DNA of 64,000 nt. Source: an uncultured Gemmatimonadales bacterium (lineage in GTDB: Bacteria > Gemmatimonadota > Gemmatimonadetes > Palauibacterales > Palauibacteraceae). The DNA is taken from NCBI GenBank assembly GCA_963783385.1, contig CAWANJ010000009.1, positions 544,001 to 608,000 on the forward strand. Direction: 5' to 3'. The position numbers and the translations under genes were made by a program. Numbering within the stretch: the stretch's first letter is position 1; the number at the start of each line of letters is the position of its first letter. Positions 28,187-40,217 of this stretch are shown here, in pieces. The notes beneath the pieces were generated by a model. The model made no database searches and was not told the DNA's origin. It worked only from the letters and a program-made list of their open reading frames with translations.

Positions 28187-29155
28187 TCATCGTCGTTCGT
28201 CGAGCCGCTGGCGGAGATCGTCGACCTCCCCTCGCAGGGACGCGATCAGCTCGGCCAGGAACCCGACCGCGAACAGGAGGAGTCCCACGACCACGAGGAG
28301 GAGGACCAGGGTGAGGAGCGGACGATAGCCGGTGTCGAGCACGAAGCGCAGGTAGACGGCCACCAGCCCCACGACGGCGCCCGCGCCGAGCAGGACCAGG
28401 CCCGTCACGCCGAACAGGAGCATCGGCCGCCGGCTGAAGACCAGCTGGAACCAAACACTCAGGAGGTCCAGGGTCCCGACGACGATGCGACCCTGCCCCG
28501 AGTACTTGGAGGTGCCGTGACGGCGAGGGTGGAGCTCCACGTCGATCTCGGTGACCCGGAAGCCCCGCGCATGGGCGAGCACGACCAGGTAGCGGTGCCA
28601 GTCGCTGCGTAGCCGGACCTCGTCCAGCACCTCCCGCCGGAAGGCCTTCATGGCGTTCAGGTCGTGGACCGGAATCCCGAAGATCCGCCGGGCCAGCCAG
28701 TTGTAGATCCCCGACACGAACCGTTTCTCGTAGCGTCCCACCTTGCGGCCCACCACCATGTCGTAGCCACGGTCGAGCTCCGCGACGAAGCGAGGGATCT
28801 CAGCGGGCACGTGCTGGAGGTCGGCGTCGAACAGGACCAGATACTCGCCGCGTGCCGCCCGGGCTCCCGTGAGGAGCGCGTCGGTCTTGCCGCGGTTGCG
28901 CCGGTGCCGGAGAAAGCGCACGTCGGTCAGTCCGGCGGCGTCCGCCGCCCTCCGACCGGCCTCAAGCGTCCCGTCCCGCGATCCGTCGTCGACGAGGATG
29001 ACCTCTGCGGACAGCTCTCCCTGCCGGATCGACCGCCCCAGCTCCGTGAACAGCTCGGGCATGTTGGAGGCCTCGTCGAAGGCGGGGACGAGGATGGAGA
29101 CGCGGGGCGCGTCGGGAGACGCCGGACCGGGGCCCGGCGATGGAGGCCCGCTCAT
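28187..29155 (-). CDS. GT2 polyprenyl-phosphate glycosyltransferase (ArnC/GtrB-like) with two C-terminal TM helices
   Basis: VPAFDE, VDDGSRDGT, NRGK, FDADLQ, HPRRHGTSKY, C-terminal TM helices. Confidence 0.92.
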   Translation of the reverse strand: MSGPPSPGPGPASPDAPRVSILVPAFDEASNMPELFTELGRSIRQGELSAEVILVDDGSRDGTLEAGRRAADAAGLTDVRFLRHRRNRGKTDALLTGARAARGEYLVLFDADLQHVPAEIPRFVAELDRGYDMVVGRKVGRYEKRFVSGIYNWLARRIFGIPVHDLNAMKAFRREVLDEVRLRSDWHRYLVVLAHARGFRVTEIDVELHPRRHGTSKYSGQGRIVVGTLDLLSVWFQLVFSRRPMLLFGVTGLVLLGAGAVVGLVAVYLRFVLDTGYRPLLTLVLLLVVVGLLLFAVGFLAELIASLRGEVDDLRQRLDERR

Positions 29156-30591
29156 ACCCTCTTGCGCATGCGCGCCGAGAGGATCCCCAGCTGATCACGG
29201 TACTTGGCCACCGTGCGACGCGCGATCTGCACACCGTCCTCCTTGAGCTTGTCCACGATGGACTGGTCGGTCAGGGGATCGTGGGGATCCTCGTCCTCGA
29301 CGAGCTTCTTGATCTTGGCCCGCACGCCCCGCGCCGAGACGTCCTCGCCGTAGTCGGTGGACAGTCCGCTCGAGAAGAAGAACTTGAGCGGCAGCACGCC
29401 GCGGGGGGTCTGCGCGTACTTCTCGTTCGTGACCCGCGAGACGGTCGACTCGTGCATGTCGATGTGCTCGGCCACCTCGCGCAGGGTCAGGGGGCGGAGG
29501 TGCTCGACGCCCTTCTCGAAGAACTCGCGCTGCCGGTCCACGATGAAGTTCATGACCTTGAGCATGGTCTGACGCCGCTGCTCGATGGCCTGGATCATCC
29601 ACTGGGCGCTGTTGAGCTTCTTGGAGATGAACGCCTTGTTGTCGCCCTGGAACTTGCTCTTGTCCCTGGCGACCTCCCGGTAGGCCCGCGACAGCCGGAG
29701 ACGCGGGAGCGACGTGTCGTTGTGGAACACGTAGTACTCGCCCCCGATCTTCTCGACGATAAGATCCGGGGTGACGTAGTTGTCGCGCATGTCGGCGTAC
29801 TTCAGACCCGGCTTCGGATCGAGCTTGGAGATCTGGTCCGCCGCCGCCTGGACTTCCCTGGCGGAGATTCCGTGCTCCTTGGAGAGCTCGCTCCAACGGT
29901 GGTTGACGAGCTCCTCAAAGTGGTCGCGCACGATTCGGTACGCGAGCGTCTCCTGCTCCTTGCGGGCGCGCAGCTGCAGCAGCAGGCATTCGCGCAGGTC
30001 TCGCGCGCCGACGCCCGGCGGATCGAAGCCCTGGATCACCTCCAGAGCCCTGCGGCCATCCTCGAGGGCGTAGGACGCGGTGCCGTTCCAGGCGGCGTTG
30101 TCCGTCTCCTCGAGGAAGTCGTTGATGGACTGGATGACCTCCTCGATCGAGCAGGTGAGGAAGCCGTCCCGGTCGATGTTTCCGATGACCTCCTCGCCCA
30201 GCAGCAGCTCCCGGGGCGTGAGGCGCAGCAGCTGGAGCTGGTCGCGCAGGTGGTCCCAGAGGTCCTCGCTGGTGGACGGGGTCGGCCGGTAGAACTCCTT
30301 CTCCTCGTACTCGGCCCGGCGGCCGCCGGCATCGAAGCCGTCGAGGAGGATCTCCTCCCAGTCGATCTCGTCCTCGTCGAGCTCCTCGTTGTCCTCCTCG
30401 AGGAGCTCGCCGTCCTCGCCCGGTTCGATGAGATCGAGGAACGGATTGGCCACCAGCTCCTGCTTGAGGTGCTGCTGGAGGTCCAGGAGCGGCATGTACA
30501 GGAGATCCATCGCCTGGTACAGGCGAGGATTGACCTTCATCTCCTGCTTCATGCGGACTTCCTGGGAAAGCCCGCCTCTCACGTTCGCCAT
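29152..30591 (-). CDS. rpoN: RNA polymerase sigma-54 factor
   Basis: FDPPGVGARDLRECL, LRPLTLREVA...HESTVSR, RpoN box ARRTVAKYR. Confidence 0.97.
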   Translation of the reverse strand: MANVRGGLSQEVRMKQEMKVNPRLYQAMDLLYMPLLDLQQHLKQELVANPFLDLIEPGEDGELLEEDNEELDEDEIDWEEILLDGFDAGGRRAEYEEKEFYRPTPSTSEDLWDHLRDQLQLLRLTPRELLLGEEVIGNIDRDGFLTCSIEEVIQSINDFLEETDNAAWNGTASYALEDGRRALEVIQGFDPPGVGARDLRECLLLQLRARKEQETLAYRIVRDHFEELVNHRWSELSKEHGISAREVQAAADQISKLDPKPGLKYADMRDNYVTPDLIVEKIGGEYYVFHNDTSLPRLRLSRAYREVARDKSKFQGDNKAFISKKLNSAQWMIQAIEQRRQTMLKVMNFIVDRQREFFEKGVEHLRPLTLREVAEHIDMHESTVSRVTNEKYAQTPRGVLPLKFFFSSGLSTDYGEDVSARGVRAKIKKLVEDEDPHDPLTDQSIVDKLKEDGVQIARRTVAKYRDQLGILSARMRKRV

Positions 30592-30784
30592 GCCGTTCCA
30601 CGTTCCTGGAGTCGAACGGCGACCGCCCGGCCCGGTTCCGCCGGCTCCGCCGCTCGCGCGCTGGCCCGAGGCCCTCGCGTCGTCGCGCTGCCACGAGTGG
30701 TGGAAGATACCGCTTGCTGGGCGCGCACGCATCTTGCGCGGGGCCCGCGCCCCGCCGTGTGGGCGCGCGGGGCGTCGGGCGGGA

Positions 30785-31618
30785 TTACAGTCTGAAGTCT
30801 TGCCCCAGATACAGCTTACGCGCCTCGGGATCATTCACGAGCACCTCGGCGGGCCCCTCGATGTGGATGCGTCCGTTGAACATGATATAGGCCCGATCGG
30901 TGATCGAGAGCGTCTCCCGGACGTTGTGGTCGGTCACCAGTACCCCCAGCCCCTTCTCCCTGAGCTCGGCCACGATCCGCTGGATGTCGTCCACCGCGAT
31001 GGGGTCGACCCCGGCGAACGGCTCGTCGAGGAGCATGAACTTGGGGGAGGTGACCAGGGCGCGGGTGATCTCGAGTCGGCGACGCTCGCCTCCCGAGAGG
31101 GAGTAGGCCCGGATGTCCCGCAGGTGCTTGATCGACAGCTCGTCCAGCAGCGACTCGAGACGTCGGCGGCGCTCGGCGGCGTCGATGTCGAGCGTCTCCA
31201 GGATGGCCATGACGTTCTCCTCGACCGTCAGCTTCCGGAAGATCGAGGGTTCCTGGGAGAGGTAGCCGATGCCGGCGCGGGCACGACGGTACATGGGGAC
31301 GTCGGTGAGCTCGACGTCGTCCAGCATGACGTGGCCCTCGTCCGCCTGCAGGAGGCCCACGATCATGTAGAAGGTGGTCGTCTTCCCTGCCCCGTTGGGC
31401 CCGAGCAGGCCCACGATCTCGCCCTGCCACAGGCTGAGGTCCACGTCGTCGACCACTCGCCGCTTCTTGAACGCCTTGACCAGGCCCTCGGCCCGCAGGA
31501 CGCTGGCGCCTTCCGGCACGTTCTCGCCCGGGCCGGAGCGCCGCTCGCCGCCAGCGATGCGGTACGACCGGTCGGCTTCGCCCACGGTCGGAGCCGGGCT
31601 ACCGTCGCCCGGGTTCAC
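30785..31618 (-). CDS. lptB: LPS export ABC transporter ATP-binding protein
   Basis: [51 protein letters not shown]. Confidence 0.96.
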   Translation of the reverse strand: MNPGDGSPAPTVGEADRSYRIAGGERRSGPGENVPEGASVLRAEGLVKAFKKRRVVDDVDLSLWQGEIVGLLGPNGAGKTTTFYMIVGLLQADEGHVMLDDVELTDVPMYRRARAGIGYLSQEPSIFRKLTVEENVMAILETLDIDAAERRRRLESLLDELSIKHLRDIRAYSLSGGERRRLEITRALVTSPKFMLLDEPFAGVDPIAVDDIQRIVAELREKGLGVLVTDHNVRETLSITDRAYIMFNGRIHIEGPAEVLVNDPEARKLYLGQDFRL

Positions 31619-33207
31619 GATCGGCCCCCGCGGTCCGCCGTGCGGCGTCCGGCCGATCCGCTTCCGGCGCCCGCATCCCGCGTCGTGTCGGGGCGAACGG
31701 GCACCGTGTCGCCCGGCCGCGCCGGAGAGGGCGCCGGGCTCTCTCCCGGAGCGTTCGGGTCCAGGAACACCCCGATGGCGTCGCGGCCGGTCACCTGCCT
31801 GGCCTGGCCGTCCGCGAAGCGCACGATGATCTCCTTGCCGATCAGATAGTTCCTGGCGTCTCCCCCGCCCTCGGCGGAGTCGCGGGGCACAAGGTAGTAC
31901 GCCCGGGCGTCCCCCGCGGCCCGGATCGTCTGGAGCTGGCGGTGGCCGCCGGCGGCGCCGGGCGTCGTGTCCCCCGCTGCGCCGGCCTCTCCGGCGCTCC
32001 CCGCGGCGCTACTGTCGGCGGGCCGTCCGGCTTCGGTGATCGTGTCGGTCCGGACGCCCGCGGAGTCCGGGGACAGCGAGTCGACGGCCGAGCCCCCCGA
32101 GTCTACGCGCGCGAAAGCCAGCTGCAGGGTGTCGCCCCGGACCCAGTTCCGGTCTCCGGCCGAGGGCGCCGGCGAGAAGCCCCGGGCCGAGCCCCCGAGC
32201 GTGTCGGCGGCGGTGTCTCCGACCTCGATGGCGCTGGAGCCGCCCACGGACACGAGACTGTCGATGTCCCCGTCCCGGAAAGCGAACACCAGGGAGTCCC
32301 CGTCCAGCCGGTACGGGGCCGAGACGGCCAGGGCGGGCTTCGGGCCATGGGCCCACAGGCGCTCGATGCGATCTCCCGCCACGCGGGCGTCGATGGCATC
32401 CGCGAACAGCCGGAAGGACTTCCCGGACGCCTGGGCCTCGCCCCTCGACGTCACGGTCCGCACCTTTCCGGAGTCGATCACGGCGGAGATCACGCTGCCG
32501 GCGAGCCGGAACTGCTCGCTCGTCACCACCGGGTTCCCCAGGAGCCGTCCCTCGTGCGCGTCGGACAGGTAGACCGCGCTGTCCGAGCGTGCCCGGGTCT
32601 TGCCGCGCACGATGCGCACGTCGCCGCGCATGCGGGCGTCCGAGTCGCCCAGGAACACCATCCGGTCCGCATCGATCTCCGCCGGCGGCCCCTTCCCCGT
32701 CGTGTCGCGGACGGTGAGGTGGGGCCGGCCGGTGGCCACGGTGCGCTGGGGACCGCCGCCTCCCGAGCGGAAGAACTCAACCCGGGGACCCGTGAGCACG
32801 GACTTCGACTCGAGGCGGACCAGCCGAACGCGTCCGTAGGCCACGATCCGATCCTGGTCCTGCCAGTACGCGAGGGAGTCGGCGGTCAGGGTGCGGACGC
32901 TGTCCCGGTAGTCCACCGAGCCGATCATCTCGAACTTGCGCTCGCGGTCGTACTTGATGCCGCTGTCGGCCGCCATGCGCGCCGATCCGCACGTCCAGCG
33001 CAGCCCGCCGCCCACGTGCGTCACGTACTGGTCGGGGCCCACCCGGTGACTCACCATGCGCGTGCTGTCGCCGCGCGGGAGCAGGATGACCGTACAGGAC
33101 CTGGACTCGGGACTCCCGGCCGTGTCGGCGCCCTGGCCGGCCAGGGCGCCGGCGCCCAGGGCCATCCCCAGCACGGCGGCGACGAGCGCCCGGAACCCGG
33201 ATCTCAC
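31615..33207 (-). CDS. Long LptA/OstA-like periplasmic beta-jellyroll protein
   Basis: Signal peptide and repeated ADS/AD-x-x-x-Y beta motifs. Occupies the lptA position between lptC and lptB. Confidence 0.75.
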   Translation of the reverse strand: MRSGFRALVAAVLGMALGAGALAGQGADTAGSPESRSCTVILLPRGDSTRMVSHRVGPDQYVTHVGGGLRWTCGSARMAADSGIKYDRERKFEMIGSVDYRDSVRTLTADSLAYWQDQDRIVAYGRVRLVRLESKSVLTGPRVEFFRSGGGGPQRTVATGRPHLTVRDTTGKGPPAEIDADRMVFLGDSDARMRGDVRIVRGKTRARSDSAVYLSDAHEGRLLGNPVVTSEQFRLAGSVISAVIDSGKVRTVTSRGEAQASGKSFRLFADAIDARVAGDRIERLWAHGPKPALAVSAPYRLDGDSLVFAFRDGDIDSLVSVGGSSAIEVGDTAADTLGGSARGFSPAPSAGDRNWVRGDTLQLAFARVDSGGSAVDSLSPDSAGVRTDTITEAGRPADSSAAGSAGEAGAAGDTTPGAAGGHRQLQTIRAAGDARAYYLVPRDSAEGGGDARNYLIGKEIIVRFADGQARQVTGRDAIGVFLDPNAPGESPAPSPARPGDTVPVRPDTTRDAGAGSGSAGRRTADRGGRS

Positions 33208-33770
33208 GGCTTCCGCGTCGGGCTCCCGACGGCCGTCGTGTCTGGCGGCGAGACGGCCGCGGGACGCGTCACCCGCAGGGTGTCGAGCCCGGGATCCGTC
33301 ACGAAGCCCCGGCCACGCAGCGTGTCACGGCCGCGGTACAGAACGAAGGTGGTGTCTCCGCGGAGCCGATCCGTGGACGCGTCGAAGTGGAGCCGGGAGG
33401 TCAGCAGCCGCTGCCCGCCCGTAGAGTCGACCACGACCACGTCGTCGCTGGCGGTCATGTCTCCCGACTTCATGTCGTACACGCCGTCCACGGCCGTGAG
33501 CGTCGACCGACGATCGCCGGCCCCGTCGAAGAAATCGATCCGATAGCGCCTGAAGTGCGCGACCGAGCCGTTCTGGAGGAAGTAGGCCGTGTCCGCCTGC
33601 AGGTGGGCGCGCCGCACGCCGTCCCGGGTCATCGTGTGCTCGACGCCGACCATGACCTGGTCCGCGTCGAGCTGCAGGAGGTCGGGGCTGGCCACGTCGA
33701 CCTTGTGGTCGCCGCCGCACGCCGCCGCCCCGACGAGCAGCACGGCCGCCAGCACCGGGAGCCGCCTCAC
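33204..33770 (-). CDS. lptC: LPS export periplasmic protein LptC (lipoprotein-like signal)
   Basis: LVGAAAC lipobox-like sequence, STLTA..G.Y, DDVVV, L.TSRL.FD, LRGRGF.TD. Position in the operon fits. Confidence 0.85.
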   Translation of the reverse strand: MRRLPVLAAVLLVGAAACGGDHKVDVASPDLLQLDADQVMVGVEHTMTRDGVRRAHLQADTAYFLQNGSVAHFRRYRIDFFDGAGDRRSTLTAVDGVYDMKSGDMTASDDVVVVDSTGGQRLLTSRLHFDASTDRLRGDTTFVLYRGRDTLRGRGFVTDPGLDTLRVTRPAAVSPPDTTAVGSPTRKP

Positions 33771-34738
33771 GCGACGCCCGCGCGCAGGAGGTCGTGCAGG
33801 TGAACGATGCCCAGGAGGCGGCGCTCGGGGTCCACCACGGGCAGCGCCATGATGCCGTGCTCCTCCATGACCCGTACGGCTTCCGCCGCGAGGGAGTCCG
33901 GGCCGATGAGCCGGGCGTCGCCCGTCATGGCCTCGGCCACCGGGCGGCCCAGGAAGTCGGGGTGGCTCTCGGCGTAGCGCGTCAGATCGCCGGCGGTGAT
34001 CACTCCCACGACGGTCCCCCCGCCGTCCAGGACCGGCACCGTCCCCCGACGGTGGGCGATCTCCCGCATGGCCAGCTCCAGGGTGGCCTCCGGCGGGAGC
34101 GACGGCACCTGCTCGGGGTCGGTCAGCATGACGTCGCGGATCCTCCAGAGCAGGCGCCGGCCCAGGCTACCGGCCGGGTGGAGATGCGCGAAGTCCTCGG
34201 CACCGAAGCCTCGCACGGCCAGGAGGGCCATGGCGAGCGCATCGCCCAGCGCCATGGCGGCGGTCGAGCTGGCGGTCGGCGCCAGGTCCAGCGGACACGC
34301 CTCCTCGGGCACGCCGGCGTCCAGCACGACCTCGGCGTGCCGGGCCAGCGTCGAGCCGGGCGCGCCGGTGAGGGCCAGGACGGGGATGCCCAGCCGCGCT
34401 ACGGCCGGCAGCAGACGAGCGATCTCCTCCGATTCCCCGCTCCTCGAGATGGCCACGAGGAGATCGCCGCGCACCAGCATGCCGAGGTCTCCGTGCGCCC
34501 CTTCCACCGGATGGAGGAACAGCGCGGGCGTCCCCGTCGAAGCCAGGGTGGAGGCCACCTTGCGCGCCACCACGCCGGACTTTCCCACCCCGGTCACCAC
34601 CACGCGTCCCCGGCACGCCTCCATGCGGCGCACGGCCTCCACGAAGCCTTCGCCCAGGCGACCCGCCACCGCGCGGATGCCCTCCGCCTCGGTTCCCAGC
34701 ACCTCGCGGCCACGCCGCAGGATCTCCTCGTCGGTCAC
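33767..34738 (-). CDS. kdsD: Arabinose-5-phosphate isomerase KdsD (KpsF/GutQ, SIS + 2 CBS)
   Basis: TGVGKSG, HPVEGAHGDLG, EACPLDLAPTASS, HPAGSLG, HLHDLL. Confidence 0.95.
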   Translation of the reverse strand: MTDEEILRRGREVLGTEAEGIRAVAGRLGEGFVEAVRRMEACRGRVVVTGVGKSGVVARKVASTLASTGTPALFLHPVEGAHGDLGMLVRGDLLVAISRSGESEEIARLLPAVARLGIPVLALTGAPGSTLARHAEVVLDAGVPEEACPLDLAPTASSTAAMALGDALAMALLAVRGFGAEDFAHLHPAGSLGRRLLWRIRDVMLTDPEQVPSLPPEATLELAMREIAHRRGTVPVLDGGGTVVGVITAGDLTRYAESHPDFLGRPVAEAMTGDARLIGPDSLAAEAVRVMEEHGIMALPVVDPERRLLGIVHLHDLLRAGVA

Positions 34739-35319
34739 GGCCCCTCCCCTCCCCCGCCGGAGCGGGCCCGGGCCACGTAGGCCGCGACACGCTCCTCCCA
34801 CTGACCCCGCGCCCGCAGGAGAGCCTCGGCGAATTCCCTGACCACGCCGTCCCCGCCTCGATGCTCCGAGCACCACAGGGCCACTTCCCGCACCTCCGGC
34901 GCGGCGTCCGCCACGGCGGCCGGGAGGCCCACGTGCTCGAGCAGCGCCAGGTCCGGGAGGTCGTCGGCCAGGCAGGCGACCTCGTTCCACCGAAGGTCGC
35001 GCGCCTCCGCGATGCCACGGACCACGGACACCTTGTCCCAGGGCGGGACCTGGTGGACCTCCTCGATCCCCAGCTCCCGGGCCCTCTCCCGCACCGCAGC
35101 CGACGAGCGTCCCGAAACGATCGCCGACTCGACGCCGGCCGCGCGCAGCAGGTGGACGGCGACCCCGTCACGGACGTGGAACCGGCGAAGCTGGAAGGGC
35201 TCGCCCCCGACGCCGTCCGCCACGTAGATGCCACCGTCCGTGAGGACGCCGTCGGCGTCCAGCACCAGCAGGCGGATGCGCCGGGCGATCCTGCGGAAAA
35301 TCTCTGCGCGGTCGCTCAC
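34735..35319 (-). CDS. kdsC: KDO-8-phosphate phosphatase
   Basis: LDADGVLTDG, FHVRDG, SGR, DDLPD, GG.GVVRE. Confidence 0.93.
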   Translation of the reverse strand: MSDRAEIFRRIARRIRLLVLDADGVLTDGGIYVADGVGGEPFQLRRFHVRDGVAVHLLRAAGVESAIVSGRSSAAVRERARELGIEEVHQVPPWDKVSVVRGIAEARDLRWNEVACLADDLPDLALLEHVGLPAAVADAAPEVREVALWCSEHRGGDGVVREFAEALLRARGQWEERVAAYVARARSGGGGEGP

Positions 35320-36134
35320 GCTCCGCCCACCGCCTCGCGGATCTCCAGAGCGCGGGCCAGGAGTGGCTCGAGCCGATCGAGCGGCAGCATGCTCGCGGCG
35401 TCGGAGGGAGCGGTCTCCGGAGTCGGATGGACCTCCAGGTAGAGCCCGTCGGCCCCGGCCGCCACCGCGGCGCGGGCCAGGATCTCGATGAACCGTCGCT
35501 CGCCCCCGCTGCTCCCCCCGGCCGCTCCCGGAAGCTGGACCGCGTGCGTGGCGTCGAACAGGGTCGGGCACGCACACGCCTCCCGCATGACCTCGAAGCT
35601 CCGCATGTCCACGATCCAGCGACCGTAGCCGAACGCCGTGCCCCGTTCCGTCACGGCCAGCCGCTCCGCACCGCCTTCGCGGGCCTTCTGCACGGCGAGC
35701 CCCATCTCCTCGGGCGCCATCCACTGGCCCTTCTTGAGGTTGAGCGGCCGACCCGTGGCCGCCGCCGCCAGGATGAGGTCCGTCTGTCGACACAGAAACG
35801 CCGGGATCTGGAGCACGTCCACGACTCCGGCTACCCGCTCGACCTGGACGGACTCGTGCACATCGGTGAGGACGGGCAGGCCGGTATCCTCGCGGACCTC
35901 TCCGAGGAGGGCCACGCCCGCCTCGAGCCCGGGGCCGCGCGGCGAGTCGGGGCGGCTCCGGTTGGCCTTGTCGAAGGACGCCTTGAACACGACCGGAACT
36001 CCCAGGCGCACCGAGACCTCGGCCAGGTGACGGGCCACGGTCAGGTTGAGCTCCCGGTCCTCGAGCACGCACGGGCCCGCCACGAGAAAGAACGGACCGC
36101 CCGCGCGGAACAGGGGGCCGGGGTCGGAAGCCAC
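35316..36134 (-). CDS. kdsA: KDO-8-phosphate synthase
   Basis: AGPCVLE, KASFDKANRS, QIPAFLCRQTDL, KKGQW, ERG, DATHAVQ. Confidence 0.97.
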   Translation of the reverse strand: MASDPGPLFRAGGPFFLVAGPCVLEDRELNLTVARHLAEVSVRLGVPVVFKASFDKANRSRPDSPRGPGLEAGVALLGEVREDTGLPVLTDVHESVQVERVAGVVDVLQIPAFLCRQTDLILAAAATGRPLNLKKGQWMAPEEMGLAVQKAREGGAERLAVTERGTAFGYGRWIVDMRSFEVMREACACPTLFDATHAVQLPGAAGGSSGGERRFIEILARAAVAAGADGLYLEVHPTPETAPSDAASMLPLDRLEPLLARALEIREAVGGA

Positions 36135-36135
36135 C

Positions 36136-38594
<2,459 letters not shown>

Positions 38595-38639
38595 CGCCGG
38601 CGGCGAGCGGATGCGTGAGTTGATCCATTCACGCACCGG

Positions 38640-38668
38640 AACGTACCCGCGCCGACTCGGCGTGTCAA
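38640..38668 (-). promoter_or_regulatory. Sigma70 promoter TTGACA-N17-TACGTT for the kdsB-pyrG-kds-lpt operon
   Basis: Perfect -35 (38668-38663), 17-bp spacer, -10 TACGTT (38645-38640). Confidence 0.8.
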
Positions 38669-38711
38669 AGTCCCGAGCAGGCCGGCCGTCGGGCGCCGGC
38701 TCCACTCCCCG

Positions 38712-40217
38712 TCAGCGGCGCGCCGATGCCGGGAGGCTGACGTCGAACACCCAGGTCGGGTCCAGGTTCGACGCGGAGGGGTCGATCGCCAGCCCCGCCT
38801 CGATCAGGAACAGCCGGACGCCCCCGATCACGTTGTCGGTGAAGTGGGGCGAGGTCCCCTCTCCCCACGCCGATCCGATCGCATCCCGTACGAAGAGCTC
38901 CGGCCCTCCCACCACCGGAATCCCCACCCGTCCCAGCGGAATGGCCAGGGTCGCCTGGCCGAACAGGAGGCGGGGGCCCCGGAGCGGCAGCACTGGCAGC
39001 GTGGGCAGCGTGCCGGCGCCGCCCAGAGCCGACCAGCGCTGGCCCGGCAGGGAGCCGGACAGGTCGCCACGCGCGATTGCGAAGAACTCCAGCCGCACGC
39101 CCGGGATCGCCTCAGTGCGGCCCGAAACCCTCGCTTCGCCGAGCAAGAAGGAGAAGTCCCCGGCCACCGAGGAGTCCGCCACCTCAGCCGAGACCGACGC
39201 GTCGACTCGCCACGAGCCGGCCCGGCGCCGGTAGCCCACCAGCGCCCGCGCGCTCCACAGGGTGCCCCCCTGCACCGTCGGGTTCGGCCGCACGTCCGCG
39301 TCGGACTTGAAGAACACGGGCAGCCGCAAGGCCGGGAGGCTCCGGTCCCTCTCCCGGAAGGCCGACCACTCCGTGTGCCAACCCGAGGCGCTGGCGGTCA
39401 GAACGCCCGCCCCGAGCCGCTCGGAGCGGTAGTAGTCCCGGTAGTCGCCGGAGCCGAACAGGTAGGCGAGCGAATTGGATATGTCGCCCCGGATCCAGTC
39501 CTCGTTCGTCCGGGTACGCCGCTCCCCTACGAGGTCCACGCGCAGGGTGCCGGTCGGATACCAGCTCTGGCGTAGCGTGCCGCCGAGCGCCTGGATTCCC
39601 CTTGTATGGAACTGGAGGCGCGCCGACAGACTGGGCTGCCACGCCATGCGCGTGGCCCGGGCCGTGGCACCCCAGGAGAAGGTCCACGCCTCGACCCGGT
39701 CGTAAGTCGGGAGGGAGAAGCCGTAGAAGCCCTCCAAGGAGACGGCCCGGGGCACCTTCTCCACGGGCACGATTTCCCACCCCGTGCCCCTCCGGTCCAC
39801 GCGCACGAGGAGATTGGGGCGGTACACGACCTGCCCCTCGACCCTGGCGAGCGAGGACGAATACCAGCCGCCGCCGAGGACCACGGCGTCCCCCTCCACG
39901 CGGGCGCCCGGCCTCAGGAAGAGATCTCCGGCCACGACGTAGATGCTGCCGTGGATGGTGGCCGCCGAGCGTACCGTGGCACCGAGGACCAGGACCGGCC
40001 CGTCCACCTGCGCACCCGGCGCCAGCACGGTGTCGCGCGTCCACAGCCGGTAGCCACCGGCATGCAGGAAGTGGTCGAGCCGCCGCTCCACCGGGCGGTC
40101 CGGACGCGGCACGAACGACACCTCCTGGGCGAGTGCCGGACGCGCCAGGCCGAGGACCGACCCGACCACGACCGCGGCCGCGAGAGCTCCGACTATGCGC
40201 GCCGCCCGACGCCTCAT
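38712..40217 (-). CDS. Secreted/outer-membrane protein: N-terminal beta-helix (bactofilin-like) plus putative beta-barrel
   Basis: Signal peptide ending ARPALA-QE, repeats VDGPVLVLGA/IHGSIYVVAG/VEGDAVVLGG, then amphipathic aromatic-rich beta strands. Confidence 0.6.
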   Translation of the reverse strand: MRRRAARIVGALAAAVVVGSVLGLARPALAQEVSFVPRPDRPVERRLDHFLHAGGYRLWTRDTVLAPGAQVDGPVLVLGATVRSAATIHGSIYVVAGDLFLRPGARVEGDAVVLGGGWYSSSLARVEGQVVYRPNLLVRVDRRGTGWEIVPVEKVPRAVSLEGFYGFSLPTYDRVEAWTFSWGATARATRMAWQPSLSARLQFHTRGIQALGGTLRQSWYPTGTLRVDLVGERRTRTNEDWIRGDISNSLAYLFGSGDYRDYYRSERLGAGVLTASASGWHTEWSAFRERDRSLPALRLPVFFKSDADVRPNPTVQGGTLWSARALVGYRRRAGSWRVDASVSAEVADSSVAGDFSFLLGEARVSGRTEAIPGVRLEFFAIARGDLSGSLPGQRWSALGGAGTLPTLPVLPLRGPRLLFGQATLAIPLGRVGIPVVGGPELFVRDAIGSAWGEGTSPHFTDNVIGGVRLFLIEAGLAIDPSASNLDPTWVFDVSLPASARR

